32,000 nt of DNA, taken from Mycolicibacterium smegmatis. GTDB taxonomy: Bacteria > Actinomycetota > Actinomycetes > Mycobacteriales > Mycobacteriaceae. Within the stretch, counting starts at the first letter, position 1; each line of letters starts with the position of its first letter. The position numbers and the translations under genes are program-made. The notes beneath the pieces are model-generated. The model saw nothing but the letters and a program-made list of their open reading frames with translations, was not told the DNA's origin and did not search any database. The stretch lies in the NCBI RefSeq assembly GCF_001457595.1, contig NZ_LN831039.1:2310001-2342000 (forward strand). The letters run 5' to 3'. This document shows positions 31,990 through 32,000 of this stretch, one piece after another.

Positions 31990-32000
31990 GCTCTATAGCC

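Noticed and set aside
1-32000. Dozens of additional track ORFs antisense to or out of frame with the called genes, for example 605-1735(-), 2044-2802(-), 2872-3711(-), 6240-7274(-), 7105-8817(-), 12747-13736(+), 15337-16818(-), 21139-22017(-), 21851-22999(-), 28037-29476(-) and 30274-31707(-)
   Set aside because: Their products are Arg/Pro/Gly/Ala-rich with no recognisable motifs. Each lies fully inside a gene with strong family signatures on the other strand or frame. Long shadow ORFs of this kind are expected in very GC-rich DNA.
1-32000. Search by eye for tRNA/rRNA genes, CRISPR repeat arrays, IS elements, integrases or phage genes, and for known anti-phage defence gene families
   Set aside because: None was found. 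There are no regularly spaced repeats, no transposase or integrase motifs and no long terminal inverted repeats. The region looks like core or metabolic-accessory chromosome rather than a mobile island.

Overview
The window is a visibly GC-rich actinobacterial chromosomal segment with strong third-codon-position GC bias and many Arg/Pro-rich shadow ORFs. Gene content looks Mycolicibacterium/Mycobacterium-like. From memory, the 736-aa HelD-type protein resembles the M. smegmatis HelD; this is unverified. I support about 27 protein genes and found no rRNA, tRNA, CRISPR array, transposase or integrase.

Layout:
- (1) 3' part of a carboxylic acid reductase.
- (2) A GntR-controlled catabolic region of unknown substrate, in two plus-strand units. 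The first is LLM oxidoreductase, aldehyde dehydrogenase and GntR, ending in a clear intrinsic terminator. The second is a split transketolase (N and C subunits), an M24 creatinase/DddP-like hydrolase, a tiny lipoprotein-like ORF and a beta-hydroxyacid dehydrogenase.
- (3) A convergent minus-strand operon of a type III CoA-transferase and a fused AccD-AccA-type carboxyltransferase, followed by an ion-transporter-superfamily permease and a second FadR-type GntR.
- (4) A HelD/HelR-type RNA-polymerase-associated helicase-like gene preceded by a perfect 17-bp palindrome that looks like a rifamycin-associated element. A shortened PTH2-like ORF follows it.
- (5) Two LLM monooxygenases, a DUF417 remnant, a single-chain tandem (double) TetR, and an ICMT-family methyltransferase with a divergent TetR.
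- (6) A tightly coupled DUF294-type nucleotidyltransferase plus class-II Fic operon.
- (7) Divergent from it, an amino-acid permease, two DUF1989 proteins, a urea/guanidine-carboxylase carboxyltransferase-only protein and allophanate hydrolase.

The most interesting signals are:
- a shared TGGCT-N-AGCCA dyad in four promoter regions around the two GntR genes;
- the CoA-transferase/carboxyltransferase/permease module;
- the NTase-Fic pair, which has non-canonical motifs;
- the carboxylase that lacks biotin carboxylase and BCCP domains;
- the RAE-like element with the HelD and PTH2-like pair.

All functional calls rest on motifs read by eye, and none was checked against a database.
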